NCBI GenBank assembly: GCA_964518725.1
Contig: CAZFKP010000008.1
Span: forward strand, 8,197 to 72,196
Length of the DNA stretch: 64,000 nt
Source of the DNA: an uncultured Rickettsiales bacterium
GTDB lineage: Bacteria > Pseudomonadota > Alphaproteobacteria > Rickettsiales > SXRF01
Direction: 5' to 3'
In this document: piece by piece, positions 50,656 to 59,402 of the stretch
How positions within the stretch are numbered: position 1 is the stretch's first letter
Layout of the letters: each line of letters starts with the position of its first letter
Program-made: the position numbers and the translations under genes
Notes under the pieces: model-generated
The model's input: only the letters and a program-made list of their open reading frames with translations
Databases searched by the model: none
Told to the model about the DNA's origin: nothing

Positions 50656-51440
50656 CACTCTCCATCGCCACATGGAATGTCAATTCCGTTCGCAGCCGCC
50701 TGCCGCATCTGCTGGATTGGCTCAAGGAAGACGCGCCGGATATCGTGCTGCTGCAGGAGCTCAAATGCATGGACGAGCAGTTCCCCCGCGAGGCGGTGGA
50801 GGAGCTGGGCTACAACATCGCCACCCATGGGCAAAAAACCTATAACGGCGTGGCCATCCTCTCCAAATTCCCGCTGGAGGATGTGGTACGCGGCATCCCC
50901 GGCTATGACGACCCCGCCGCCCGCTACATCGAAGCGCTCGCCGCCACACCGCAGGGTGTCATCCGCGTCGCCAGCGTGTATGTGGTCAATGGCAGTGAAG
51001 TCGGCAGCGAGAAATATGCCTATAAACTGGCCTTCCTCGATAAATTTTGCACCCATATGCAAACACTGCGCGGCTACGATGAAATACTGGTGGTCGGCGG
51101 TGATTATAACATCGCCCCCACCGACGCCGATGTGGCAAACCCGAAAGCATGGGTCGGCAGCGTGCTCACCAGCGACGAGGTGCGCACCGCGTTTCGCCGC
51201 CTGTTGAATCTTGGGTTATATGATGCGGGAGCAAACGAGCATCAACTTAGCTGGTGGGATTACCGCGCCGGTGCCTTCGCCAAAAATGACGGGCTGCGCA
51301 TCGACCATCTGCTGCTATCGCCGCAAGCAATGGATAAGCTATCCTCCTGCCATGTCGCTATCAAAACGCGTGCGCTGGAAAAGCCTTCGGATCATGCGCC
51401 GGTGGTGGGTACCTTACTGTATCCTGTCAATAACTTATAG
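50652..51440 (+). CDS. xthA: Exodeoxyribonuclease III
   Basis: 262 aa with ATWNVNSVRSRL, LQELK, GDYNIAP and the PSDHAPV motifs. Confidence 0.9.
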   Translation: MTLSIATWNVNSVRSRLPHLLDWLKEDAPDIVLLQELKCMDEQFPREAVEELGYNIATHGQKTYNGVAILSKFPLEDVVRGIPGYDDPAARYIEALAATPQGVIRVASVYVVNGSEVGSEKYAYKLAFLDKFCTHMQTLRGYDEILVVGGDYNIAPTDADVANPKAWVGSVLTSDEVRTAFRRLLNLGLYDAGANEHQLSWWDYRAGAFAKNDGLRIDHLLLSPQAMDKLSSCHVAIKTRALEKPSDHAPVVGTLLYPVNNL

Positions 51441-52322
51441 TTTATCAACAAAGATATGGTTGACATGGATTAATTAATAAAGCACGATTTCAATCCCAAT
51501 CTGAGAAGAACACCATGCAATACCATGAAAGAATCTGTAGCCGCATTGATGTGGACGAAAAAAGTGTTTTGGCATTAGAAGATATTGCCAACCCAGACGA
51601 GCCAAATAAAGCCGATCTCAAGCTTGCCTTGATCACGCTATTTGAATCGGCGGGTATTATGTATAATGTACATGGTGTCTATGGAGAGATGGAATTTGCG
51701 TTCTCCCCCCCTATCTTCCAAAAGATCAACAACCTCCTGCCATATTTAACATTGAAATAAATGCGACAAGCATCCATTCAAAAACGGGAACTATTAAATT
51801 ACACTTCTTACCTCAATCCGCGCTTGACGCGGCAAAAATAAAAAAGCTTGAAGAATATATCGAAGCCATTAAATCGCTTGATCCATGTTTCCAGACCCCT
51901 ATTATCAGAGAGTATTATGGTGCCCCCCCTCCGGCCAAAATAATATTATATTAGGCGATCCCGAGCCACATTATACTGCGGCAGCAATTGAAATTGAACT
52001 GCCAATGATCCCTTACGAGGAAGTGCTGCAGCATCCCGGATTTATTAAAGGCAGCAATGATCGTAAAATCAGAGAACTAAACAGTGAATTAGATGAGCAA
52101 GCAAACAAACTGAAGACTCTCCTGGGTAAAATGATAAAAACCCGTCAGTTAATTGCAGAACTGCAAGGCGGCATAGGAGATACTAACCCAAAATTCCCAA
52201 TCAATGCTCTCTCTTCTATTGAAACGACGCTTGGTGCCCTGCTAGGAGCTGGGCATCCAAAAGTTATCGAAGTTCTTAGATCTTTTGGCGCTCTCAACGC
52301 CTCTCCAGAGAAGCGGTAATAC
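51441..52322. other. AT-rich inserted segment between the current xthA stop and a displaced xthA 3'-end relic
   Basis: It is flanked by two diverged copies of the xthA 3' end (51347-51440 and 52323-52396). Its composition looks different from the flanks by eye. Confidence 0.5.
51515..52319 (+). pseudogene. Hypothetical gene split over three reading frames at two C7 homopolymers (ORF-track pieces 51515..51760 and 51885..52319)
   Basis: Frame 0 is open from 51515 to 51760. Frame +2 is open from at least 51712 to ~51950. Frame +1 is open from 51885 to 52319. The C7 tracts at 51705-51711 and 51923-51929 lie exactly in the two overlap zones. Confidence 0.45.
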
Positions 52323-52396
52323 TGCCATGTCGAGATGAAATTGCGAGCGCTGGAAAAACCTTCGGATCATGCGCCGGTGATGGGCATTTTCAAATG
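52323..52396 (+). pseudogene. Relic 3' end of xthA (CHVEMKLRALEKPSDHAPVMGIFK*)
   Basis: It shares CTGCCATGTCG and a core of 36/38 identical nt (GCGCTGGAAAA.CCTTCGGATCATGCGCCGGTG.TGGG) with 51347-51413. Confidence 0.7.
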
Positions 52397-52398
52397 AT

Positions 52399-52495
52399 GT
52401 CATCGCGAGGCGGCGTAAGCCGACGTGGCGATCCATCTTATCTTTGCACGTCAGCAGGTCATAAAGATGGATTGCCGCGCTGCGCTCGCAATGAC
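52399..52495. repeat. Palindromic intergenic element, second copy of the family at 21064-21137
   Basis: GTCATCGCGAGG...GGCGATCCAT...ATGGATTGCCGCGCTGCGCTCGCAATGAC. Confidence 0.7.
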
Positions 52496-52497
52496 AG

Positions 52498-52929
52498 TCA
52501 ACGCCGAATCGCCGCAACCGCGAGCGCATCAGCGCGTTCATTCTCCGGGTGGCCGTCATGGCCGCGCACCCAGTTCCAGCGCACCTCATGGCGCGATACT
52601 TCTTCTTCCAGCGCCTGCCATAAATCAACGTTTTTCACCGGTTTCTTATCCGCCGTTTTCCAGCCGCGTGCTTTCCAATTCGGCAGCCACTCGGTCATCC
52701 CCTGAATCACATATTTGCTATCGGTGGTGATGTTGGCAATGCACGGCGTTTTCAACGAACGCAGCGCCTCGATCACCGCCATCATCTCCATGCGGTTATT
52801 GGTGGTGTCGGCCTCACCGCCGGAAATTTCTTTCTCGGTCTTTCCATAGCGCAGCACCGCGCCCCAGCCGCCCGGGCCGGGATTGCCGCTGCATGCGCCG
52901 TCAGTATAAATCTCCACGGATTTTTTCAT
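52498..52929 (-). CDS. rnhA: Ribonuclease HI
   Basis: 143 aa. [22 protein letters not shown] and ELWQ-like motifs support the call. Confidence 0.9.
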   Translation of the reverse strand: MKKSVEIYTDGACSGNPGPGGWGAVLRYGKTEKEISGGEADTTNNRMEMMAVIEALRSLKTPCIANITTDSKYVIQGMTEWLPNWKARGWKTADKKPVKNVDLWQALEEEVSRHEVRWNWVRGHDGHPENERADALAVAAIRR

Positions 52930-53882
52930 GCCATGCCCGACTGAAAAAATTGCAGTTTGGCGAGATATTCCAGCGGATCCTTCGGCGTGATATCTGCACC
53001 TTCCGCCGGGAAGAGCGCATCCTGCGACCGGGTGAGCAAGAACCTGAGCGCCGCGCCGCGCAGCAACAGCGGGAACGCCGCTTCCTCTTCGGGCGCCATG
53101 GGCCGCACATCATTATACGCCGCCATCAGCGCCTGCACACGCTCCGGCACCAGCCGGCAGCGCTCATCGAAACACCACGCATTGACACAGATCGCAAGAT
53201 CATACGCCCACATATCATGGCAGGAAAAATAAAAATCAATCACCCCGGATAGCAGCGGTGGCTTGCCAAACCGTTTGGTAAAGAACACGTTGTCGGGAAA
53301 TAAATCGGCGTGGATCGGCCCGCTTGGAAGATTCTGCGGCCAGTGCTCGCTCAAATAGTTATATTCTTCGCTGACGATTGTCTTAAGCCCCGGCGCAATC
53401 TCATCCAGGCATTCGGAGGTGGCATCGATCATCGACTCCCATCCCGCAAGCGACAGGCCGTTGGCACGCGCATGCGGAAACCCCATGCCGGTAATGTGCA
53501 TGTTTGCCGCAAGCGCACCGAGTGCCGCCGTATGCTGCGGTGTGATTTTCTCCCCCCCCTCACCGTCGAGAAAACTGACCAGGATCGCCGGGCGCTCTTT
53601 AAGTGCTGCCAGCGTCCGCCCATCCTTCATGACGATGGGACGCGGGCAATCAATCCCACGCGCTGCCCACCACTGCATGAGCGCCACGAAATACGGCAAA
53701 TCCTCCAGCGTGAAACGCTTTTCAAACAGGGTCAGGATGTATTTTGCACCCACCGTGTGAATCAGGTAATTGGTGTTGGTGACGCCGGAGGTGATGCCTT
53801 CAAATGACACCAGCTGACCCAGCTCATAATGCGACAGGAACTGCGCGATGTCGTCGTGCGAAAGATGGGTATAAACCGCCAT
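52926..53882 (-). CDS. thrB: Homoserine kinase (APH/ChoK-fold type)
   Basis: [39 protein letters not shown] and [12 protein letters not shown]. The ORF track starts 16 codons earlier. Confidence 0.85.
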   Translation of the reverse strand: MAVYTHLSHDDIAQFLSHYELGQLVSFEGITSGVTNTNYLIHTVGAKYILTLFEKRFTLEDLPYFVALMQWWAARGIDCPRPIVMKDGRTLAALKERPAILVSFLDGEGGEKITPQHTAALGALAANMHITGMGFPHARANGLSLAGWESMIDATSECLDEIAPGLKTIVSEEYNYLSEHWPQNLPSGPIHADLFPDNVFFTKRFGKPPLLSGVIDFYFSCHDMWAYDLAICVNAWCFDERCRLVPERVQALMAAYNDVRPMAPEEEAAFPLLLRGAALRFLLTRSQDALFPAEGADITPKDPLEYLAKLQFFQSGMA

Positions 53883-53883
53883 A

Positions 53884-54219
53884 TCAGTAATATTTTCCGT
53901 CTGGCGGAATCGCGCACAGCCGGTTGACACATCGTGCCACCGGCGCGTTTGCGGGCGGTGGCGGCCACTTACATTCCAGCTTCACCGTAGCCGAAATATC
54001 GCTCACCTGTTTCTGGGATGCCTTATTCACCGGCCGCCAGCGGCAAAGCGACAACACCGCCGTGCACTCACCGTCGCCGCTACATGCGCGGTATTCGGCT
54101 TTGATATTGGCGGTGCCATCCTCGAAAATAGCCTCTTTGACATCATCCACCAGACCAGCAAGGACGGGTTGCGCCAGGCCGGACATTATCAACAGAAAAA
54201 GAACGATGCGATATTTCAT
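53884..54219 (-). CDS. Hypothetical secreted Cys-containing protein
   Basis: 111 aa with signal peptide MKYRIVLFLLIMSGLAQPVLA and six Cys residues. Confidence 0.45.
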   Translation of the reverse strand: MKYRIVLFLLIMSGLAQPVLAGLVDDVKEAIFEDGTANIKAEYRACSGDGECTAVLSLCRWRPVNKASQKQVSDISATVKLECKWPPPPANAPVARCVNRLCAIPPDGKYY

Positions 54220-54227
54220 AAATCTAT

Positions 54228-54608
54228 TTATTGACGGGAAAAATCGGCACGCGGCGCCCCACCCAACGCAGCTTCAACCGCCGTGGCTTGCGTCGGCACA
54301 CACGCTTTTACACGAGTGCAAACCACATCCGCCGCGGGTTTATCAAGTTTGTGATCGTCGCCCAAACTAAACGTCGCCGACAAATTGCCCGCCGTACTCT
54401 TAAACATCGTCATGCGGGGATAATCTGTACGCAGCGCTCCAACAACGGCATCAAAAAAACCATCCAGGCGTGTTTTTGGATGTTGTTGCGAGGTGCTGAT
54501 GGTAAACTCACCGGCCGCCGACGGCACCCAGCGAAACGTGACCCGCTCGTTGTTAACAGTGAACGTTTCAATCGACGTTGTTTTCGTACCTCCCCCGTAC
54601 GCTCCCAT
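54228..54608 (-). CDS. Hypothetical protein
   Basis: 126-aa ORF that starts 3 nt after the sdhB stop. No family was recognised. Confidence 0.4.
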   Translation of the reverse strand: MGAYGGGTKTTSIETFTVNNERVTFRWVPSAAGEFTISTSQQHPKTRLDGFFDAVVGALRTDYPRMTMFKSTAGNLSATFSLGDDHKLDKPAADVVCTRVKACVPTQATAVEAALGGAPRADFSRQ

Positions 54609-54610
54609 GA

Positions 54611-55411
54611 CTATACCACCCGCTCAACGAGCATTTTCTTAATCTCACCGATCGCCTTCGCAGGGTTCAAGCCTTTCGGGCAGGTTTTGGCACAGTTCAT
54701 AATAGTGTGGCAGCGATAGAGCTTGAACGGATCGTCGAGCGCATCGAGGCGTTCCCCGGTCATTTCATCACGGGAATCAATGATCCAGCGATAGGCATGC
54801 AACAAAATTGCAGGGCCCAGGTACCGGTCGGAATTCCACCAGTAGCTCGGGCACGACGTCGAGCAGCAGGCGCACAGGATGCATTCATACAGCCCATCAA
54901 GTTTAGCACGATCCTCTGGCGATTGCAGGCGCTCCTGGTTGGCAGGCGCCACCGTCGTCGTCTGCATCCACGGCTTGATCGATTCATATTGCGCGTAAAA
55001 ATGCGTCATGTCCGGCACAAGATCCTTCACCACCTTCATGTGCGGCAACGGATAGATATTCACTTCACCCGACACATCCTCAATTGGCTTGATGCAGGCA
55101 AGCGTGTTGGTGCCATCAATGTTCATCGCGCAGGAGCCGCAAATACCCTCGCGGCAGGAACGACGGAAGGTGAGCGTCGAATCGACCTCATCCTTAATTT
55201 TAATGAGCGCATCAAGCACCATCGGCGCGCAATTATCCATGTCGATTTCATACGTATCCATACGCGGATTTTTCGGCACGCCTTTGTCATCTACCTCCTC
55301 CGGGTTCCAGCGGTAGATATTGAATTTCTTTTTGTTCTTTACACCGGCAGCCGCCGGGAACTTCTGGCCTTTGCCAACTTTGGAATTTGCGGGGAGTCTC
55401 AGTTCAGCCAT
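54611..55411 (-). CDS. sdhB: Succinate dehydrogenase iron-sulfur subunit
   Basis: 266 aa with the three cluster motifs [20 protein letters not shown] and [12 protein letters not shown]. Confidence 0.95.
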   Translation of the reverse strand: MAELRLPANSKVGKGQKFPAAAGVKNKKKFNIYRWNPEEVDDKGVPKNPRMDTYEIDMDNCAPMVLDALIKIKDEVDSTLTFRRSCREGICGSCAMNIDGTNTLACIKPIEDVSGEVNIYPLPHMKVVKDLVPDMTHFYAQYESIKPWMQTTTVAPANQERLQSPEDRAKLDGLYECILCACCSTSCPSYWWNSDRYLGPAILLHAYRWIIDSRDEMTGERLDALDDPFKLYRCHTIMNCAKTCPKGLNPAKAIGEIKKMLVERVV

Positions 55412-55419
55412 AAGAATAC

Positions 55420-56271
55420 TTACTGTTGGGGTTGGAATTCAGGAATAAGAGGCAGTCGGTGATGCCGTTTATAGTTGATTTCGGTTACGGTTTTATTAAG
55501 GGCGATAAAACGCTCCGGGTTCGAGGGGTGAGTCCGTCCGCCGTAGATGCCATCCGGATCTTGCACCGAAAAGCGCCGCCAGAAATACGGTGTGTTGCTG
55601 ATATCATACCCGGCAGCCGCCATGATGTACAGCCCGACATAATCTGCTTCGGCCTCAAAACCACGCGAGTAACGCAGCACTCCGGCCTCTGCACCAAGTT
55701 GGGAAAATTGCCCTCGCGTATCCACCCCCTGCGACGCCGCCAGCGCATCAGCCAGCAACCCGACCACGCCGCCCGCCATGGCATTACTGGTCGCCGCATC
55801 CGGATGGCCGAGTAGATTATGCGCCATCTCATGGGACAGCACCAACGCCAGCTCATCATCACTCTCGATGAACGCCATCATCCCGGTGGACACCACGATA
55901 TTCTCACCATCCGCATAGGCATTAATCTCCTTGCCGCGCTTATAGCTGAAATAAAAATAACACTCGCGCTGCAAGTGAATGCCGAGCGCACGACACATTT
56001 CGGCGCCCGCTTTTTCCACCCGTTCCGCCACCCGGGTAAGCTGCTTTTTCATCTGCGGGCTTTCTTTCCATGGCTTTGGAGCACCGCCCTGCGCCTTAAT
56101 CTTCGCCACCATCGCTTCCTGCTCGGCACGCTCCCGCGCAAGCTCCTGCGGCGTCACCCCCGGCGCCATCGTCGTCGGCGCCTGACAGGCAGATAACACC
56201 AGCAGCAGCGCCACGGTCGGCCATAAACCGACCTTACGGGAACCATTCACTGCCGTGCAACCAACTATCAT
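55420..56271 (-). CDS. M48-family zinc metallopeptidase lipoprotein
   Basis: [12 protein letters not shown] is the HExxH motif, and a lipobox LLVLSAC is present. The start was chosen at MIVGCTAV; the ORF track starts at 56319. Confidence 0.75.
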   Translation of the reverse strand: MIVGCTAVNGSRKVGLWPTVALLLVLSACQAPTTMAPGVTPQELARERAEQEAMVAKIKAQGGAPKPWKESPQMKKQLTRVAERVEKAGAEMCRALGIHLQRECYFYFSYKRGKEINAYADGENIVVSTGMMAFIESDDELALVLSHEMAHNLLGHPDAATSNAMAGGVVGLLADALAASQGVDTRGQFSQLGAEAGVLRYSRGFEAEADYVGLYIMAAAGYDISNTPYFWRRFSVQDPDGIYGGRTHPSNPERFIALNKTVTEINYKRHHRLPLIPEFQPQQ

Positions 56272-56275
56272 CTCA

Positions 56276-56530
56276 TTATCTTCGTATGGTGGAACCATCT
56301 TCAAGATCGCGCCCCTCAATACCCGCAGCAGTCATCACCAGACCAATCAGCCCCTGTATGTCAGTATCCGCGACACCATAATCCCGTGCGCGGTTTTTAA
56401 TGCTGCGAAGCACCTCAAGCCCATCCAGCAACTTCTGCGGTGCATTCTCCGGCTCACCCATCACAGGGGCATATTGCCACTCTAACACGCGGGTCATGCC
56501 ATCAATAGCGGCGCGGTTTGCCTCATTCAC
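56276..56530 (-). CDS. Hypothetical protein
   Basis: 84-aa ORF whose GTG start overlaps the stop of the upstream 55-aa ORF (GTGA). Confidence 0.35.
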   Translation of the reverse strand: MNEANRAAIDGMTRVLEWQYAPVMGEPENAPQKLLDGLEVLRSIKNRARDYGVADTDIQGLIGLVMTAAGIEGRDLEDGSTIRR

Positions 56531-56694
56531 ATATTGACCCTTTTCAAAGCCTTCAGCAATGGCTCAATCACACTGATGCTGAAGCGTTGAATAGCCTCAC
56601 TGCCAGCCTGTTGTTCTGTTTGTAACGGCATTGCCAGCGTTGCAAAGCTTTTTCCATCGCCAGCACCACCGGCTTCATCTTCAAATCCAGTCAT
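56527..56694 (-). CDS. Hypothetical small acidic protein
   Basis: 55 aa, below the ORF-track cutoff. My translation is MTGFEDEAGGAGDGKSFATLAMPLQTEQQAGSEAIQRFSISVIEPLLKALKRVNM. It starts 17 nt after the sdhA stop. Confidence 0.25.
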   Translation of the reverse strand: MTGFEDEAGGAGDGKSFATLAMPLQTEQQAGSEAIQRFSISVIEPLLKALKRVNM

Positions 56695-56711
56695 AACTTC
56701 CCCCTTGGTTA

Positions 56712-58502
56712 CTAATACACCCGCGCCTTCGGCGGCACCGGTTGCACTTCATTCGACAGCGTATTGAGATGCACCGGCCGGTAGTCAAACGCCACCTTGC
56801 CCTTGTCATCCAGCCACGCGTAGCTGTGCTTCAGCCAGTTGACATCGTCACGGTCTTTATAATCTTCCCGCGCATGCGCGCCGCGGCTCTCCTTGCGGTT
56901 GAGCGCACTATTGATAGTAATGAGCGCCTGACTGCGGAGATTATCCAGCTCCAGCGCTTCGACTAAATCGGAGTTCCAGACCATGTGACGGTCGCTGACC
57001 GAAAGCTGGCCGAAACTCTGCCATACATCGGCCATTTTCGCCGTGCCCTCGGCAAGGGTTTTTTCCTCGCGGAACACCGCCGCATGGTTCTGCATCGTGC
57101 GCTGCATGGCGCGGCGAATTTCAGAGGTTTTCAGTGAACCCGACGCGTTGCGTATGCCATCGAACCGGCCAAGGATTTTATCAATGTTGCTGCCCGCCAC
57201 CGGCTTGTGCGCCTGACCAGGCTTGACGATCTCGGCAGCACGGATCGCCGCGGCGCGGCCGAACACCACGAGGTCAAGCAGCGAGTTGGAACCCAGGCGG
57301 TTCGCCCCATGCACCGACACGCACGCCGCTTCGCCGATCGCCATAAGGCCGGGCACGACGCTTTCGGCATCGCTGCCTTTTTTGGTGACGACTTCGCCAT
57401 GAATGTTGGTCGGGATGCCGCCCATATTATAATGCACTGTCGGCAGCACCGGGATCGGCTGCTTGGTCACATCCACGCCGGAGAAAATCTTGGCGGTTTC
57501 GGAAATGCCCGGCAAGCGCGCATGCAGAATCGCCGGATCGAGGTGATCGAGATGCAGGTAAATATGATCCTTCTCCGCGCCGACACCGCGGCCTTCGCGA
57601 ATCTCCATAGTCATCGCCCGCGACACCACGTCACGGCTGGCCAAATCTTTGGCAGACGGCGCATAGCGCTCCATGAAGCGCTCACCCTCGGAATTCACCA
57701 GATACCCACCTTCGCCGCGCGCGCCTTCGGTAATCAGACAGCCCGCGCCATACACGCCGGTCGGGTGGAACTGCACGAACTCCATATCCTGCATCGGGAT
57801 ACCGGCACGAATCGCCATGCCGCCGCCGTCGCCGGTGGACGTATGCGCCGAGGTGGCGGAAAAATATGCCCGGCCATAGCCGCCGGTGGCCAGCACCACC
57901 AAATGCGCGTTGAAACGGTGCAACGTGCCGTCATCCAGGTTCCACGCCATCACCCCGCGGCAACCCCCCTCATCATCCATGATGAGGTCAACCGCGAAAT
58001 ATTCGATAAAGAATTGCGCGTTATGCCGCAGCGCCTGCGTATAGAGCGTATGCAAAATAGCATGCCCCGTACGATCCGCCGCCGCACACGTGCGCTGCGC
58101 CGTGCCCTTGCCATAATGTGTCGTCATGCCACCGAACGGACGCTGATAGATTTTTCCCGCCTCGGTGCGTGAAAACGGCACGCCGTAATGCTCCAGCTCG
58201 ATCACCGCCTGCATGGCGTTTTTACACATATATTCGATGGCGTCCTGGTCGCCCAGCCAGTCCGATCCTTTGATGGTGTCGTACATGTGGAAACGCCAAT
58301 CGTCCTCGCCCATATTGGCAAGCGCCGCCGAAATGCCCCCCTGCGCCGCCACCGTATGCGAACGCGTGGGGAATACTTTGGTAACACACGCCGTATTCAG
58401 ACCCGCCGAAGCCATGCCGAACGTGGCACGCAACCCCGCACCGCCCGCGCCAACAACGACGACATCATGAAAATGGTCAATGATTTTGTAAGACTGGGTC
58501 AT
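56712..58502 (-). CDS. sdhA: Succinate dehydrogenase flavoprotein subunit
   Basis: 596 aa with [13 protein letters not shown], the [10 protein letters not shown] (FAD His) motif and HGANRLG. Confidence 0.95.
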   Translation of the reverse strand: MTQSYKIIDHFHDVVVVGAGGAGLRATFGMASAGLNTACVTKVFPTRSHTVAAQGGISAALANMGEDDWRFHMYDTIKGSDWLGDQDAIEYMCKNAMQAVIELEHYGVPFSRTEAGKIYQRPFGGMTTHYGKGTAQRTCAAADRTGHAILHTLYTQALRHNAQFFIEYFAVDLIMDDEGGCRGVMAWNLDDGTLHRFNAHLVVLATGGYGRAYFSATSAHTSTGDGGGMAIRAGIPMQDMEFVQFHPTGVYGAGCLITEGARGEGGYLVNSEGERFMERYAPSAKDLASRDVVSRAMTMEIREGRGVGAEKDHIYLHLDHLDPAILHARLPGISETAKIFSGVDVTKQPIPVLPTVHYNMGGIPTNIHGEVVTKKGSDAESVVPGLMAIGEAACVSVHGANRLGSNSLLDLVVFGRAAAIRAAEIVKPGQAHKPVAGSNIDKILGRFDGIRNASGSLKTSEIRRAMQRTMQNHAAVFREEKTLAEGTAKMADVWQSFGQLSVSDRHMVWNSDLVEALELDNLRSQALITINSALNRKESRGAHAREDYKDRDDVNWLKHSYAWLDDKGKVAFDYRPVHLNTLSNEVQPVPPKARVY

Positions 58503-58511
58503 AGGAATCTA

Positions 58512-58928
58512 TCAGGTTGGGAAGGAGAGAATATCGATGAAATGCAGGCGCAGCACCGCGAGCGTCCCGGCGATCACACACAGGAACGCCACGAAATTAT
58601 TGAGAAACAGCAGCACATATTTAGAAAACGGCGTGTGCACATAATCTTCCACCACCACCTGCAACCCAAGCTTCGCGTGCCAGAATACCGCAATCAGCAG
58701 CGCCACCATGAACAAAGCATTGACAGGCGAAGAAAACCAGCTCGCCACTTGCGTTACATCCGGCGATAGCATGGAAAGCACGAGCGATACCGCAAACCAC
58801 GGCAACAGCACGACCAGCGCCACCGCAGTCACCCGCTGCAACCACCAGTGCATGACCCCGCTATGCGATGCGCCATGACCTTTGGCGCGACTTAAAGACG
58901 ATTCAAATTGGCTGTGTTTGCCGGTCAT
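58512..58928 (-). CDS. sdhD: Succinate dehydrogenase membrane anchor subunit
   Basis: The start MTGKHSQF overlaps the sdhC stop (ATGA). HWWLQRVTAVALV is the heme-ligand His region. Confidence 0.85.
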   Translation of the reverse strand: MTGKHSQFESSLSRAKGHGASHSGVMHWWLQRVTAVALVVLLPWFAVSLVLSMLSPDVTQVASWFSSPVNALFMVALLIAVFWHAKLGLQVVVEDYVHTPFSKYVLLFLNNFVAFLCVIAGTLAVLRLHFIDILSFPT

Positions 58929-59311
58929 AACGCCCCCGCCTGTTGCATGACATAACCCCAGCACGCCGCCGTCCCCGCCAAGGTAAAGAGTATCACCAGC
59001 CAGCCGGAAAAGGTGGCCACACCAAGCGAATAGCCCTTGCCCATATCCCAGAACAAATGCCGAATGCCGTTAGCGAGGTGGAAGAAAAACGAGAGCGTCC
59101 AGCCGAGCAACAGCACGCGCCCGACATGCGAGGTGACGCACGCATGCCACGCAGCGTAATGCGCCGGATAGTACGCTGCGAGCATCAGCCAACCAACCAT
59201 CGCCACCGCCCCGGCATAAAGCGCCACCCCCGTCGCGCGGTGAGTGATGGACAACACCGAGGTTATCTGCGGCTTATAGATGGAAAGATGGGGAGAAATG
59301 GGACGTTCCAT
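58925..59311 (-). CDS. sdhC: Succinate dehydrogenase cytochrome b556 subunit
   Basis: 128 aa. RPISPHLSIYKPQITSVLSITHRATG is the SdhC signature. Confidence 0.85.
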   Translation of the reverse strand: MERPISPHLSIYKPQITSVLSITHRATGVALYAGAVAMVGWLMLAAYYPAHYAAWHACVTSHVGRVLLLGWTLSFFFHLANGIRHLFWDMGKGYSLGVATFSGWLVILFTLAGTAACWGYVMQQAGAL

Positions 59312-59402
59312 AAGAACCCTGCGGTAAGTTGCATAAAAACAAGCAACTTATACCGCACCGCGAAAAAGAGTCGAGGAGAAAATGACCTTTCCCGAATTTG
59401 GC

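Noticed and set aside
57207-58172. 321-aa plus-strand ORF, plus similar ORFs at 21165..22124 and 41668..42285
   Set aside because: They lie antisense to sdhA, lysA and nagZ respectively. They are shadow ORFs.
59320-59357. Hairpin GCGGTAAGTTGC...GCAACTTATACCGC between the Fic/zeta-like gene and sdhC, considered as a terminator
   Set aside because: No U-run follows on the minus strand. It may still be a regulatory or processing structure in the sdhC leader, but I cannot support a specific call.
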